Of a stretch of DNA of 64,000 nt, positions 1-13,299 are shown piece after piece; within the stretch, counting starts at the first letter, position 1, and each line of letters begins with the position of its first letter. Position numbers and translations under genes: made by a program. Source of the DNA: Trichoplax sp. H2 (taxonomy: Eukaryota); the NCBI GenBank assembly GCA_003344405.1, contig NOWV01000102.1, positions 186,001 through 250,000 of the forward strand. The letters are read 5' to 3'. A model generated the notes under the pieces. It made no database searches. It was not told the DNA's origin and saw nothing but the letters and a program-made list of their open reading frames with translations.

Positions 1-788
1 TACCTGATCCTTATGGTGGTGTCAACAATATTTTAAATGTGCAAAAGAGCGATTTTGATTTAGATTCAATCGAAGCTGACTCAGGTAACGAGAAGAACGT
101 ATAGAAAACCAACTATCACGATCGACTTTGTTTTCAATTTTTTTAACAATGAACGATCTACATGTCTGTATCTACTTATTCCATATTATTGTGATAGTGA
201 CTCGTATAAGAACGAACAAGTTGATCATTTCTGATATGCCTGTTTGTACATTAATTACTTGTATTATTGTGCAGGTAAGCTTTCCAGTTCACCAGATGGA
301 AGTTACACCTCAGAAATACCAGCTACTCTACAGGGTTCTCAGGCTGCCCCACCAGTCTTGCCACCACATCTCCATTATGTCTTATTAAATCAAGACCCGC
401 CATTACAGGTAATCATTTTGTAATAGAGCTTATAACCTAATATATGTCTTTACTTTGTCCATTTATACTGTATGTTAATTTTTACAATAACATTCACATA
501 TCATACTCTATTGATGTACTATGATATCTATACTCAATAGGGAGAGCCGACAATATTGCCCGAGCCTAACCACGTTAGTTTGAATCATCTGTATGCTCTA
601 TCTATTAAGGTACTATAATAACTTTTGTTTTTTTTAAAGCATGCTACATTTTAAGAATGCTAGCCCACATTGCAATTATCAGGCTGATATCGTCTTCCTT
701 CATTTAATAGGATAGCGTTTTAGTGCTTGGAGTTACACATCGCTACAGGAAAAAATATGTTACCACGTTGTTATATAGGCCATTATAA
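1..788 (+). CDS. PRKAB: 5'-AMP-activated protein kinase beta subunit, 3' part (gene starts before the window)
   Basis: GT-AG exons <1-84, 275-408, 541-609 and 711-788 splice in frame to ...PDPYGGVNNILNVQKSDFD...SSSPDGSY...APPVLPPHLHYVLLNQD...EPTILPEPNHVSLNHLYALSIKDSVLVLGVTHRYRKKYVTTLLYRPL*. This is the end of the glycogen-binding domain plus the diagnostic AMPK-beta C-terminal domain. Confidence 0.96.
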
Positions 789-2502
789 CAGTATTTCTTT
801 CAATTAAACTTTATTTCTCAATTCAAACTAAAAGCAACACTTGGATCGCCGCCGCTGTTAATTTCAAGAGTTGCTTAATACTACCAAAGTAAGCTTTGCT
901 TGAGATACTATCAACTATAAGTCGATAAACTTTATACCTGCTTATGTACAGTACCATGTAGTTTTTACTTTCGCTGAAAGTAATTTATACTCATACCTGA
1001 AAGTGAATAGGGTCAAATATAAATTAAACTAGGAAAATATAAAACAATATCACACCTTTTTGTAGATATGTCGATGTTATGCATGATAATTTTTATGTTG
1101 CTTCATCACATATTAATTATTGGTCATTCTCTAGTAGTGTTTGAAGTGAGTTCGATACAGCTTGATAAAGTGCAAGGTCATTTCGTATTTGTGATTGCAA
1201 TATACCTTAAAAAGTATAGCGCGAGGAACAGAAAAACTTTTGTTCTTTTATACTATGTAATCTTAACATGTGCACTTGCATGCAGCACTAAATCTGGTCC
1301 GCTAAACTGAAAAACACTAAAATTACAAGTCAACAAATTTCTTATGCAATGTAATCAAGTTTATTAATGTATTACCATTATGAGATGAATGTCAATTGTA
1401 CAATATGAATTATCGAATAAGTATAAATTAAATCTGTTTTATGATTTTAAATTCTGTACGAATAAATCAGATAAATGCCTATTTTATGGCCATCTAAAAA
1501 TTAAATTAGCCTCAATTTTTTGAATTAAAAATTAATTCGTAGCACCGGAAAAAAATAATTTCTAAATACAATGCGTTAAAAAAGATGCGAAACATTATAG
1601 CAGTAACTGTAATCCATCTATTTTCATTTGTAAACTTTCAAGGTCAATAGATAAATGTAAGCATAAGTTTTAACTACGTTTCCTAAACTATAAAATACGC
1701 GCTTATTAATATAACCTTGCACCGTAAAGACAAATACTCAAATGAGCACGCAGTTACTGTATGCTGCATAAATCAACATAGAACTACTCCATTTACCAAA
1801 TACAGATATCATCACCATAACCCACGACAGTAATTTAGAACATTGTACCATAGCAACTAGAGTAGTACTCGTATAACTATTCAGCTAAATAGTGAATGTT
1901 GCTATACAAACGAATAACGCCTTTTGACACATCTACGATATCTATCAGATATACGTGTATCAGTTTCCTGTTTGCGTCAATACAAATTTAAAAGGATAAA
2001 CATAAAATTGAAGATTCTCTTTTCAAACGCACTATCAACGCTAGGTACAATCTTGACTTGTAAATACGTTTATTAAAGTGTCCAATCAGAAAAATCTTTT
2101 TGCAATCGATTAGAGACAATTCATACATTTGGAAATATTCTTTGCAAATCAACATTTTTCACGGCGTCTTTATTACACAAACGAAAGATTGTATCCCTTA
2201 AGACTCGGCTAAAAGCTTTGTTATTGATGGTGAGTAATAAGCTATGACCAAAGGTTATGATTAGATATTGACTGTGCCATCCTTAAATCAATAAAAAAAA
2301 TAGTGTATTCTACGCTGTACTCGCTAGTTTCTGAATCTAATATACTGTATATATAAAACTGATGATTTACCGTACTACAAATGCATATTACATGAGCGTC
2401 ATAAGTAATTAATTAACAAAATTCATATGACTCAGACGGATATTGCCAAATCACTTATTGCCAATATTATACAGTCCTTCTCTTTATAAGATTGTTTCAC
2501 TA

Positions 2503-5500
2503 CTATAACACCTTTACAATATCAATTTGTCCGCATCCAATTAAGCGTCCTTCATCTTTTACAACATCCGGACCAATTACCTTTCAAAATAAATATTTCA
2601 ACAGTTAATTACTTAGTGCATAATTATTATAAAAATGAGAAATATGTACAAATTAGTACATAATCGATCTCCTTTTACGACGCACCATTGGAAATCTCAA
2701 TGACTTTATCGTCTGAAAAGACTTAATTGCTTTATCCAGTGCCATTGCAACTATTTACAAGAAATTAAAATGGAGCTATTCATTGTATTACAGTATAAGA
2801 GATGAAAATGTACAACATTACGTATAGTATCAAGCGTAAATAATTGCGAACACTGTCCGTACCAGATTGAAGATCTTGCTTGCCAACTAAGCCGGCTGAT
2901 TCTAGTTCATTAGTTATACTTTCAATAGTATCTAAAAGAACACATATTCTTTCAACAATTTTATCGTAATATATGTAAATCTTCTCTCCTAAATAATATA
3001 GCTATTGCAACTCGACCAGAATACTTCTTATCATTACATAATATGTTATCTGAATATGCTAATCTCAATTTTAAAATAAAGACCGATCAATATGGTTACC
3101 TTTGTCTTTTACAAATTCAAATTCAATTTCATTTAAACCTCCCTTTGGAGTCCTATATTATAATATTAACATTAATTTCAAGGCTTCCAAATAGCAATGG
3201 TAAATGTAATATATCATTAACCTAAGCTTGAGTTTTAATGTATAATGTTTCGGCATCGAAATACCAGGATAATTAACTGTAACCTAAGGTAGAATTATCA
3301 CTTTATTAATTGGCCCTTCCAGGAAATCAGTTAACTACAGTAACAAAATCGTTAGTCGGTTTAATAAACCCTACTGAACGGGAGGATTCAGAAACTGGCT
3401 TTGGTTCTTGCCGAGACGGTTGTTTCTTCTCCTTTGTCATCGCAACACTTCCTCCAGTTTCGGTCGTCTTTCCTGAGTGTGAAGCATTTTGAGTTGCTTC
3501 TTGAGATTTAGAAATTGCCATAGCACTTGTACCAGATGCTATAGATTGAACGCCTACACTATCTTTCTCTTTATCCACTTTACTATCATTTTGCGGTATT
3601 TTTTCTGTGCAATTAATAAATATTGACGACATTATGAAACACTACTTTTGCAGGAACCAAATACAATAATTAAGAAAGGCTTTTAGTGATTTTATAAGTT
3701 TTAGTAAGTCTTTTCTATTGAATTAATAACATACTTTCATGTAAGGCAGGCTTCGGCTTGTTATCTACAGGCGGCGTCTTAGTAGTTGGATTTTTCATAT
3801 CTGCAAATGACAAATTTTTGGTAGGTTTCGTCTTCTTTGGTTCAACTTTCAGGTTTTTCGTTACTTCATTAGAAGAACTCTTTGTGCTAGACTATATCAG
3901 ATAGTACATTGCAAGTTATACATTAGTACCGCTAGGTTTAATTGTTAACAAAATACTGTCATATTCCGGCCACTACGTTTATAGCCTATCACCAAATTAT
4001 TGAGCACAATCCTTTGATGAATTATAAAATTGTTCGGATCGTAAACCATACCAGATTTGACACAGCCCCAGCAGGGGATTCATCAAAGTCCTCCCCATCC
4101 GACCAAGTCCAACTTCCATCTTCGGCTCGATGGAGTACACCGCTCGCTCCACGTCTGTAGTCCCTTTTCTTAACTTTCATCTAGTGTAATCGTAAGATGT
4201 TTCAGCATTACTTTTGCACAGATATCAACATCGCATTAGTAATTCTTATTTTCAATATGTTATTGGTATTCAAGTAGTTAACCCAGTTACACAACAAAAT
4301 CAAATAACCTATTTGATCAACTCCTGCCTATGCATGCTATAATTTATCAATTGTTGTATAAGAGAGCAAATTTATGAGTCAAAAGGCATCGATTTAATGT
4401 TTGAAAAGCAGCGTAATATAACCTTATTCTCTTTTTCTTCTAATGTAGGAGCTTTATTAAGGAGATGCTCTTTAATATAATCCTTATCCTAAAACATCGA
4501 TACATTTATTCGCTACTCAATCATAGACACACAACAATCCCGATATTTATCAAACGAATATATCCAACCTTTGCTTTCTTAAAAAATGGATGCTTTAACA
4601 GTTCGGTAGCATCGGGCCTAGATTAAATATTTTCATTTGATTACAAAACGTATCTAAAGTAGCTTGCAGAAGATTATATATCACTGAGGTGCAAGATTTT
4701 GTAAGATTCTGTGACAACTTCTAACTTTATGCTGCAAAAAATTATGTCGATCTTGTACCTCGGTGTTATTTAAGGCATAAAAATTTTACATAATATAAGA
4801 TAGTTGGCAGACAAAGTATCACGACATCATTATAAATTACAAATGTAATGCGAAAAAGTACCGCCTTCCAAACATAACCCTTTATCATGCGTCACTATTT
4901 AATAGATGGTAAATTAGTTGTTGCTGTATATTAACATTAATGTATACGAAACTTATGCCATAGCAAAGGACTTTACAGTAACCTATCCTTGGCTACAGCA
5001 GACCTTCCATTTCACATAGTGCCTACTGTTTTGTAACGGCTTTCTAACTAAAATATTCCCATTTACCCAGTGTCACATGCTAATGAAGCGGTATACAGGA
5101 GCGAAATGAGTATTATTAATTATATAATTACATAAACGCAGGATTGCTCCATGCTCTAAAATATTATAGCATTGTTCACATTTAGTCTCCTTCAATTATA
5201 CGCTACTGTAAACAGCTAAGTGAAATTTAATTTTTAGAATACTATCAAGATAAAGGATCCAAGAGCATATCAGTGTAATGAATGTTTTCCTACCTCCGAG
5301 TAGGTTCCTTCTGAAGGCATGATTCTACCATCTTTCGGAAAACTTTAGAGTACTTCTTTAGGTCTTCTTTATGTTCATCTTGATTCGTTTCAATAGTTGG
5401 CGGATCGTTATTCAATATTAACATCAGTACCTGTAATTATGACACAAAAAAATTAAATTTTATCCAAGTATCGTACCGTTAGTGTCATGCCGTAAAAGCA

Positions 5501-8500
5501 GATTAGTCTATCGCAAATATCAGACCTTCATCGCCGGATATTTCGAGAATGGAGCGGTTCCAGTTGCTAACTCGATAGCAGTTATTCCAATACTCCAGAT
5601 GTCAGCCTTGCTGTTATATCCAGATCCCTGTACAACATATTTAATAGGTTTAGATAAATTCAACCACAGACATCTACCATCTTGCACTATTATCTACTAG
5701 AACTAAGTATATCATAATATTGCAGTGTCTATGATGCCACCGGTAAGAACTAAAACTCTGTTGTAAACTTAACGAGCCAACTTATCGTTCATTTTGTGAA
5801 CCAGAATAGTTTGATTTTTATATATTAGCACTGATTTGATATATGTAAAATTATCATTAAAGTTTGTATATTGCTTAGACAAACTATTCACTGACCAAGT
5901 CTACAACTTCGGGTGCCATCCAACATGGTGTGCCAACAAATGTTTTTCTTACTTTCTGCTTGGATCTATCGGATTCCTCACTAAGCCAATTGCTAACTCC
6001 AAAGTCTACCGATAGAATCGACAAGATCATATTACACCGTATGCAAGCAGATTTACTATCTCTAGAAAACATTCAGTCCGCTACATGTTCAGTAGTTTTA
6101 TCTACTAGAGTGGTAGCAGAATACAGCTAGTCGGTGATGATGAGTTTACCTGCAAGTTGTACAGTGCCATCGGCTGCTAAGAGAATATTCCCTGCCTTCA
6201 CATCACTGAAATAAAGTCGCACAGTATTGATAAAAATTCATTTCAATACTTTTCACTGAAACTACATCTTTCATTGCAAGCACACGAATTACTCGGTAAC
6301 TTATTAAGTTCACACTATCTCTACGTCAAACATGAATAATAACTATCTTATCAATGCAGTACTAATCACCCAAAATATGTATTATGTGCCTTGTATACAA
6401 AAAATATTTAGTAACATAAGTCCAGAGTAGCATTAGAATCCTAACCGATGAATCTGATTGTTGTTGTGAAAATACTCTAAACCCTTCAAAACATCACGTA
6501 GCAGAGTGGCTATAACAACTTCATCTAAAATACCAGCTAATGGCTTATTAGATTTCTCACTCATGGAAACCATGATATCACGTATCGATCCTAAGGAAGT
6601 ACAAATATTAAGATTAAACGTTATCGTTACTATAACGGTAATACATCCTGTACAATACAAGAACTGCAGTTGATGTACACTAGATGAGTCTAACAGCAGC
6701 AGCCAAGCAATACTTTAAATATTGTTAGATATACAGTACTTTAGTATGTATGTATAGTAAAATTGTAAATATAGCAAGTCTACTATTAAAGTAATTCGTA
6801 GAATAGTTCTTATTTATAATAAGTTTGGCCAATGATTGAAGTTATGAATGAATTCCAGCATCAGATGTATCGTCACGTAACTAGTATTAATAATATTAAT
6901 TTAGCCTTACCACCAGCTAACAATCTCATAACGAGCCATAATTCTTCTTTTACCACGAATGTAGTATAGTAGTTAGTGACGTTAGTATGATTGCATTGAC
7001 TCATTAGTTGGATTTCTCGCTAGAGATTATTTTAAAAAAGCATTGATCCTTATATTATCATATAATATACATTAATTTTTAAACTTATAATATTATTTAT
7101 ATAACAATTCATTAGTTAGATTTCTCACTAGAGATCATTTAAAAGCATTGAGACACTTCTATATTCAGATAATGTACATTAATTCTTATAATTATAGTTA
7201 GCAGTCAAAATTAGGAAAGGATAAATAATTATGAATTATTACTGGTAATGTCTCCTTATGTAGTATTACACAATTAAATTGCAATGACGAATACATAGCA
7301 GTGTAGATTAACGATAGAAAATAATAAGTATGCAAAATCTGTTAATATACCTGGATTTCATTTAATTTAATACCACACATTTCCAGATTGATACATTTAA
7401 CGGCACATGTTTGCTTAATGGGTTTGCAATAACCAGCATAAACAGAACCAGAAGCACCTTGACCTGTATTCAGATATTAGACTAGGATAAGCCGTATGGA
7501 AGCATGATTTCAAGAAAGCTGTTCATACCGTCATTTTATTCCACTCAATCCTTTACCGTATAATACATTGTGCAATTGTTTGTCTTATAACAAACTTAAA
7601 ACTTGACACTAACTAAATAATAATAAGTATATTATTAATACATTTTTCTTGAATCACTAACTTACTGTATGATCATTAATCATTATCTTACAATCAGTAG
7701 CATTAAGTGAAAATGCATATATTGCTAGTATAATATAAACAATAAGTCATGGATTCAAGCCAATCAAGTCGTACTATTGTGGCAGTATCGTCTACTTCAA
7801 CGTTTTTGCTCTGTACTAGTTTAGTAGGAGTAGACATTATTTACAAAGTGTTCAGTGGAAAACGAAATTAATACTATATGGCATTCGAGATGTAGTAAAC
7901 ATTGATCCAACATTGATCCCAGTAATTACTATTCGTAAGACGCATAGCGATGAGCACGCATCAATCACAAGTCTAGGCTGCGTTCCGGATTACTCCATTA
8001 ACTACGAGACTTGAGTCAATACGTGTATGCATAATTGAAATCTTCAATACATTCCCAAATGTTGTAAACAACTGAACTATAGAAAACATTGCAAAGTTGT
8101 TACTTCTTATTTAAATTCAAGAATATCCACTATTTCTCCAGCAAGTGTACATTACGTGAAGTATCAAAATTACATAAACACTTGCTACATAGTCGGTGTC
8201 ATTCCCTAGAACGGTAAAATGACTACGTACAGTAGCTACACTACTGGAATATCTTAAGCAATTATTTTTACTATAGCAATTCTTTATTGTAATCGACGAA
8301 TTACAGAATTAATACAAGTTATAGCAATTCATGGTCTATTACTGTCATTCCAACCATGATCGTACAGCGAAATGGCTAGATAGAAAACCCTCCTGTGCAG
8401 TATACTATCAATTTTAATTCACAGTCTCTCTTTCAGCCATTAGTATCCTATCAGGAATTGATTTTCAATCCAACATACTGGACTAGGCTGTTGCTTCAAG

Positions 8501-9596
8501 ATTATGTAGCTATTTCATGTTAAAGATAACTGAATGATGGAAAGTATCTTCAAGGACTTTGATACTACTCAATATAGACTCTTACACTTGTATAAGAAAA
8601 TATCGTTTAGGCTTACGCAGGACTAGAAGTAATTTGTACTTTTACGGTAATGACGATGACTATATTATCTTTCAGAATTTTGTTGATACTCAACTAGAAT
8701 CTTATGTACATAAGAGCATATCCTTAGCTTTATGAAGAACTACAAGTCATTCGTACTTTTATGATTATGATAGAGAGTAACCTCAAGAATTTTGATATTA
8801 ATCAACTAGATTTCTATACAAGTACTGTATAAGAAAATATCTTTGGCTTTATCAAGGACTACCAGTATAGGAATTGGTACTTGCAAGACAATGACGAAGA
8901 GTATCTTCATGAACTGTAGTATTACTTAACTAGACTCCTAGACAAGTACTATCTAAGTAAATATCGTTCGATTTATGAAAGACTACAAGCGATTGTCAGT
9001 TTTAAGATTATGGCAAAGAATAATTTTCCAGTATTTTGGCACTACTCAACATAGACTCCAGTATAAGAAACATATCTGGAGCTTTAGAAAGGACTAGATG
9101 TAATTTGTGCTTATAAGATCATGATGAAGAATCTCTTCAAGTATTGTGGTATTACTCAACATAGACTCCTACAAAAGAAACTATCTTTCGCTCCAAAACA
9201 AACTCGTAGCAATTATTACTTTCAGTACATATTCGTAAAATATTTATTAATTAATGCAATCATTCTAATCGTTCAAGTTATCGGACTAGGAAATGAGGTG
9301 ATAATCCCTGTAGATTACAACTTGTAGTACAGTATTTGAATTGCATTTGCCTATCTTACTTTACCACTGATCGTGTAGTACACTATTCATTTAGCTTAAT
9401 CATAAACGACGGCACTAAGAAAACACTTTCGCTTAAGCTTTACTATATAGGCAATTATTCTTTATTTCCTGAGCTAGTGAACATTTCATTCTACTCTTAA
9501 AGGATAGTCGAGAATACCTATCAATTCACGCAGTTCGTAGTCATCACTCTTCCGAGGCCATACAACCTTTTCTTGTTCTCCAACTTTACCTGACAT
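2503..9596 (-). CDS. OXSR1/STK39: SPAK/OSR1-family (GCK-VI) STE20 serine/threonine kinase with C-terminal CCT/PF2 domain, ~18 exons
   Basis: Manually spliced exons (minus): 9596-9518, 7463-7351, 7019-6911, 6590-6446, 6205-6150, 6005-5896, 5627-5526, 5430-5294, 4617-4569, 4488-4423, 4180-~4052, ~3891-3735, 3604-3339, 3283-3222, 3152-3100, 2931-2863, 2750-2686, 2580-2503. Motifs: [66 protein letters not shown], and CCT-like [17 protein letters not shown]...[11 protein letters not shown]. The exon 11/12 junction phase is not resolved. Confidence 0.93.
8535..9190. repeat. Degenerate tandem array, ~115-125 bp unit, ~5-6 copies, in intron 1 of the kinase gene
   Basis: Recurring gagtatcttcaag...tactcaac(a)tagactcc...tataagaaaatatc...ggacta(c)aag...tgacga blocks at about 120-bp spacing. 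Confidence 0.8.
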
Positions 9597-10289
9597 TATC
9601 CTTACTGTATTTCTAGGAAAAATATCAACAATATAAGAAAGATTCCAACTTTCCCCAGTGAAATAGTCCACAATTGAATTCTTACCTTGCCCAATAATAT
9701 CGATTTTGTTGATATAGATGGCAAAAAATAATAATAATACTACTAATCAATGGATTTGATGAAAATGATCGCGAAGCAAACAAAATCGATTCAAGGCCGA
9801 GAAAAGTTGACGACTGGCTGCCCTGGACAATGTACTGTAGAGTACAGTATATTGGACAATTGTGTTCCAAACTAGTCATTTCTACACTACTGTCGTATAC
9901 AGTAATGACAGTGAGTACACTACAGCAGTCGGCTACAGTACGGTACGGCGCACACTCTACACTCTACACTCTACCATTCCCGTCATCGACCAGCCACAGC
10001 CTTCAGAAAAAAACATGGAGTGCTAACTTACCTAACCCAGTATTAGTGATGGCTGAAATCTTCGATTTTCTGAAACAAAGTTTGCATAGACAAGTTGCAA
10101 ATGACTGGACAGTACTGACTGAGTCAGTAACGATGTAACAATTGCTGCAGTACGCCAATACTTGAAGCACAGTCGTCAACACAGACTTATTCTAAAAAAT
10201 TAGGCCGTTCGAACAACCATTCTCCATTCTTGTCCGTCAAATTCCATATTGAGATCAAGATCAATGTAATTGGCAGTATTAATGTTTTT

Positions 10290-11020
10290 GGGGTTTTTTT
10301 TTGTTTTGAGGGGGGGGGGGATATAATTATAATGCATACTTTAGAGCAATCAAGAAATTTAAATTTCAGGACTATACGAGTATACAGTACGTTAATTGTA
10401 TGTGTTATGTGTTTCACGCAGATAATCTATATGTCTAAGATAATGCCGTCCAATTTGTTGGTACAATTAAAATGTATACTTTATGACAAATCTAGAAATT
10501 TATATTTCGGGATTACTGTATATACAGTACTGTATATTATGTATGTGTAATGGTTTGCATAGAATAAAGTATGCTAGTGAACCGTAGCTGATGATAAAAC
10601 CTTGAAGATAATCTACCGGTGTATATCAAAAATAATACCCTCCAACTTTTTTTTTTTGGGGGGGGGAGGAGGGAAAGGGGGAGGGTTGGTATAATTATAA
10701 CGAATGCTTTATAGTCATCAAGAAATTTAAATTTCAGGACTATATACATTATACAGTACTGTGTGTTATGTATGTTACTACAGAGTGATTGTATCTAAAA
10801 TAGTATCGTTCACTTTTGGGGGGATTGATATAATTATATTGTATACTTTTTAATAATCAAGAAACTTAAATTTCAGGACTATATATGGTACTGTATGTTA
10901 TGTATGTTACTCAGATAATCTATATATCCAAAATAATACCGTCCAATTTTCTTCTTTTTTGGAGGGGTGGTATAATTATAATATATACCTTATAACAATC
11001 AAGAAATTTAAATTTTAAAA
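10290..11020. repeat. Degenerate tandem array, ~130-200 bp unit, ~5 copies, with poly-T/poly-G tracts
   Basis: Repeated tataattata...caagaaatttaaatttcaggactata...tgtgttatgtatgttac...ataatac(c)gtccaa, with units separated by variable Tn/Gn runs. Confidence 0.8.
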
Positions 11021-13299
11021 CACTACTGATCTGAGCAGGGCAGCTCTTAGTTTATAAATAAATTAAATAAATTAATATAGAGTAAAAGGTGCAAGTATAG
11101 TACGTGCATCTTACTTAGAAGTCACTCCAACCTCCCATTAACTAGCTTTGATACTGTAAAATATCTTAGCAAAATATGTTGGAATATTTTTATTTGTTTG
11201 GCTCATTTACTTTTACAAATTATACCTTCTATTCTTCCATTCGACTTCTCATTACAGAGTGTAGATATATAGAACTGTGTACGGAGTCTAATATCAACTA
11301 ATATTATAAGAAACATCATTCGCAGACTATGCTGTGCAAATGATAGGGCAGTATTGATGTAAATCAATAGACTAAAGTTGTAAGATTTGAACATCATCCC
11401 GGCATTATCCAACTTCAACCATGGAAATAGCCACGGACCACTAGAAAGAAATCCAGTTGCCTGGCTAGCCTCTTAATGCCTTTACATAGGACTGCGCGTA
11501 TTTCCATTGTGTCGATATACAGTTAATTAAGATTAGTCAATCAGACAAGGACTGACTGAGTAGTTCATGGACTTGCATAGTCTTTTGCCATCCTAAAGTA
11601 AAGACAGTGTTTGTTAAACCTACGTAGTCAAGGCGTCTGATGGTGATATCTATTTTAAAGAAGTATCACACAAAGTAATAGATTAGGACTGGACGTGAAG
11701 ATTAGTTAGATTTCTAAAAGGCTTTCAGTAGAGTGTTTTAGAATAGTACAGTAGTTATAAGACTAATTAACAACTAGCATGAATCTAATCTATATTTATC
11801 TTAAACCTATAGGAATCTACCATTCCGAAATACTGTATATTGAGCTCAATCTAATTATGGCAACAAAGTCGCTTCAATCCACAATGGAACCATGATAGAT
11901 TGTAAGAGTAACCTCCCCAAGTAAATAATAATATTATTAATAACTGATACAGTATGAGTCCATTTATGTAATAACGTACAATCATTTGTCCATTTATATT
12001 CGACATGGTAAAAAGTTCGATCTTATTCCTGATGCTTTAGATTTATCGCTGAAATATCTCAAGTGATGTTATACGTATTTACTTACAGCTATACTGATAG
12101 AGAGCGAAACGTTTCAGTGAATAATTTTAAGATCTTAGAATTCAATCTACTAGATCGTGCTTCCTTTCATATTTACACCTTGACTCATTTGACGTACCAC
12201 TGCACTTTACTAGCAATTATTCGATTTTCTATTTACTAAAAATGACCAAAAGAAGAGATCACAGAATAACAAGACTATATGATTAATCGTGCGAATGTAC
12301 GTGAGAGAGAATGCTTCGCTTGCACGTAGGCTAAGTGTAATTCTTTAACGTAGCTTTCATTAACACTGTAGAGGGACATTACCTTGATAATACATGTGGG
12401 AATTTGCTTACAGCTACATTACATAACTACGGCTATCTAGCTTATACGAACTTTTTTTGTAAACTGTAATAAAACTGACTTTTATGTTGTTATTAAACAA
12501 GTTTTGGCCAAACTTTTATTGTGAGGCAGTAGAATAGAGTGAGAGAGAGTCTATCTTGTGACAGATATATGAGTACATTTCAAAATACAGAAATATACTT
12601 ATTTATATGATGTATAGAACAAAAACCGGAACTTCGCTATTTTACTGAACTAGCCCTCCTGTAAATTTTAGAAATGCTATATCGTACTGTAGACCCGTTT
12701 GTTTACTGCGAATTGTAAACCTTTTCTTACCCAGCGGAAGCAATGCATAATATTATGGCACCTTTGTTGAGTGAATGAATAGGAGTAGATAGTTGTTATG
12801 ATATACCAAATACAATATATGCCTACCTCTAACTGTACTTTCCTAATATATCACCTGATTATACACAAATTACTACTGTCCTACCAACTCTTCAGTTCAT
12901 GGCGTTGTCAATATCATCACATATGGCAGCAAGTTAGATAGAAACATTGATTTAAGACAATCGAATAATCAGCTACATACATATATATTTCGGTTTCTAC
13001 ATACTGGAGTACACGAACATTTTACCGAACAGAGTCACGTATAGATCTCAATATAAGAAAATCAGTCGCAATCTACTAATAAATACAATTTATGCACCGA
13101 TATTTACGTGGGATAAAATTTTCATCTAAATTCGGTAAATAAATTTTTCCTAATGCCATTCAAGTATATCTTTAATTAAAACTTACTAATAGCTTTAATT
13201 AAATCGTACAAGTAAAGTATATGTATAAGCATCATATGCGTATGTACAATACTATGGATATTCCTAGTACTGGATACTGACTTAGGATTAGTCAGAGTC

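Noticed and set aside
128..388. 86-aa ORF from the track
   Set aside because: Spans an intron and reads the AMPK-beta exon in the wrong frame.
789..2502. Functional link or 3' UTR overlap between the convergent AMPK-beta and SPAK/OSR1 genes
   Set aside because: AATAAA-like signals occur on both strands, but transcript ends cannot be inferred, and adjacency alone is not evidence.
8535..9190. CRISPR-like array (also considered for 10290-11020 and 51530-52475)
   Set aside because: Whole units are homologous and degenerate with no unique spacers or cas genes, and the context is eukaryotic.
11203..11470. Coding-like minus-strand stretch
   Set aside because: No recognisable domain, stops in the alternative frames and no convincing exon chain.
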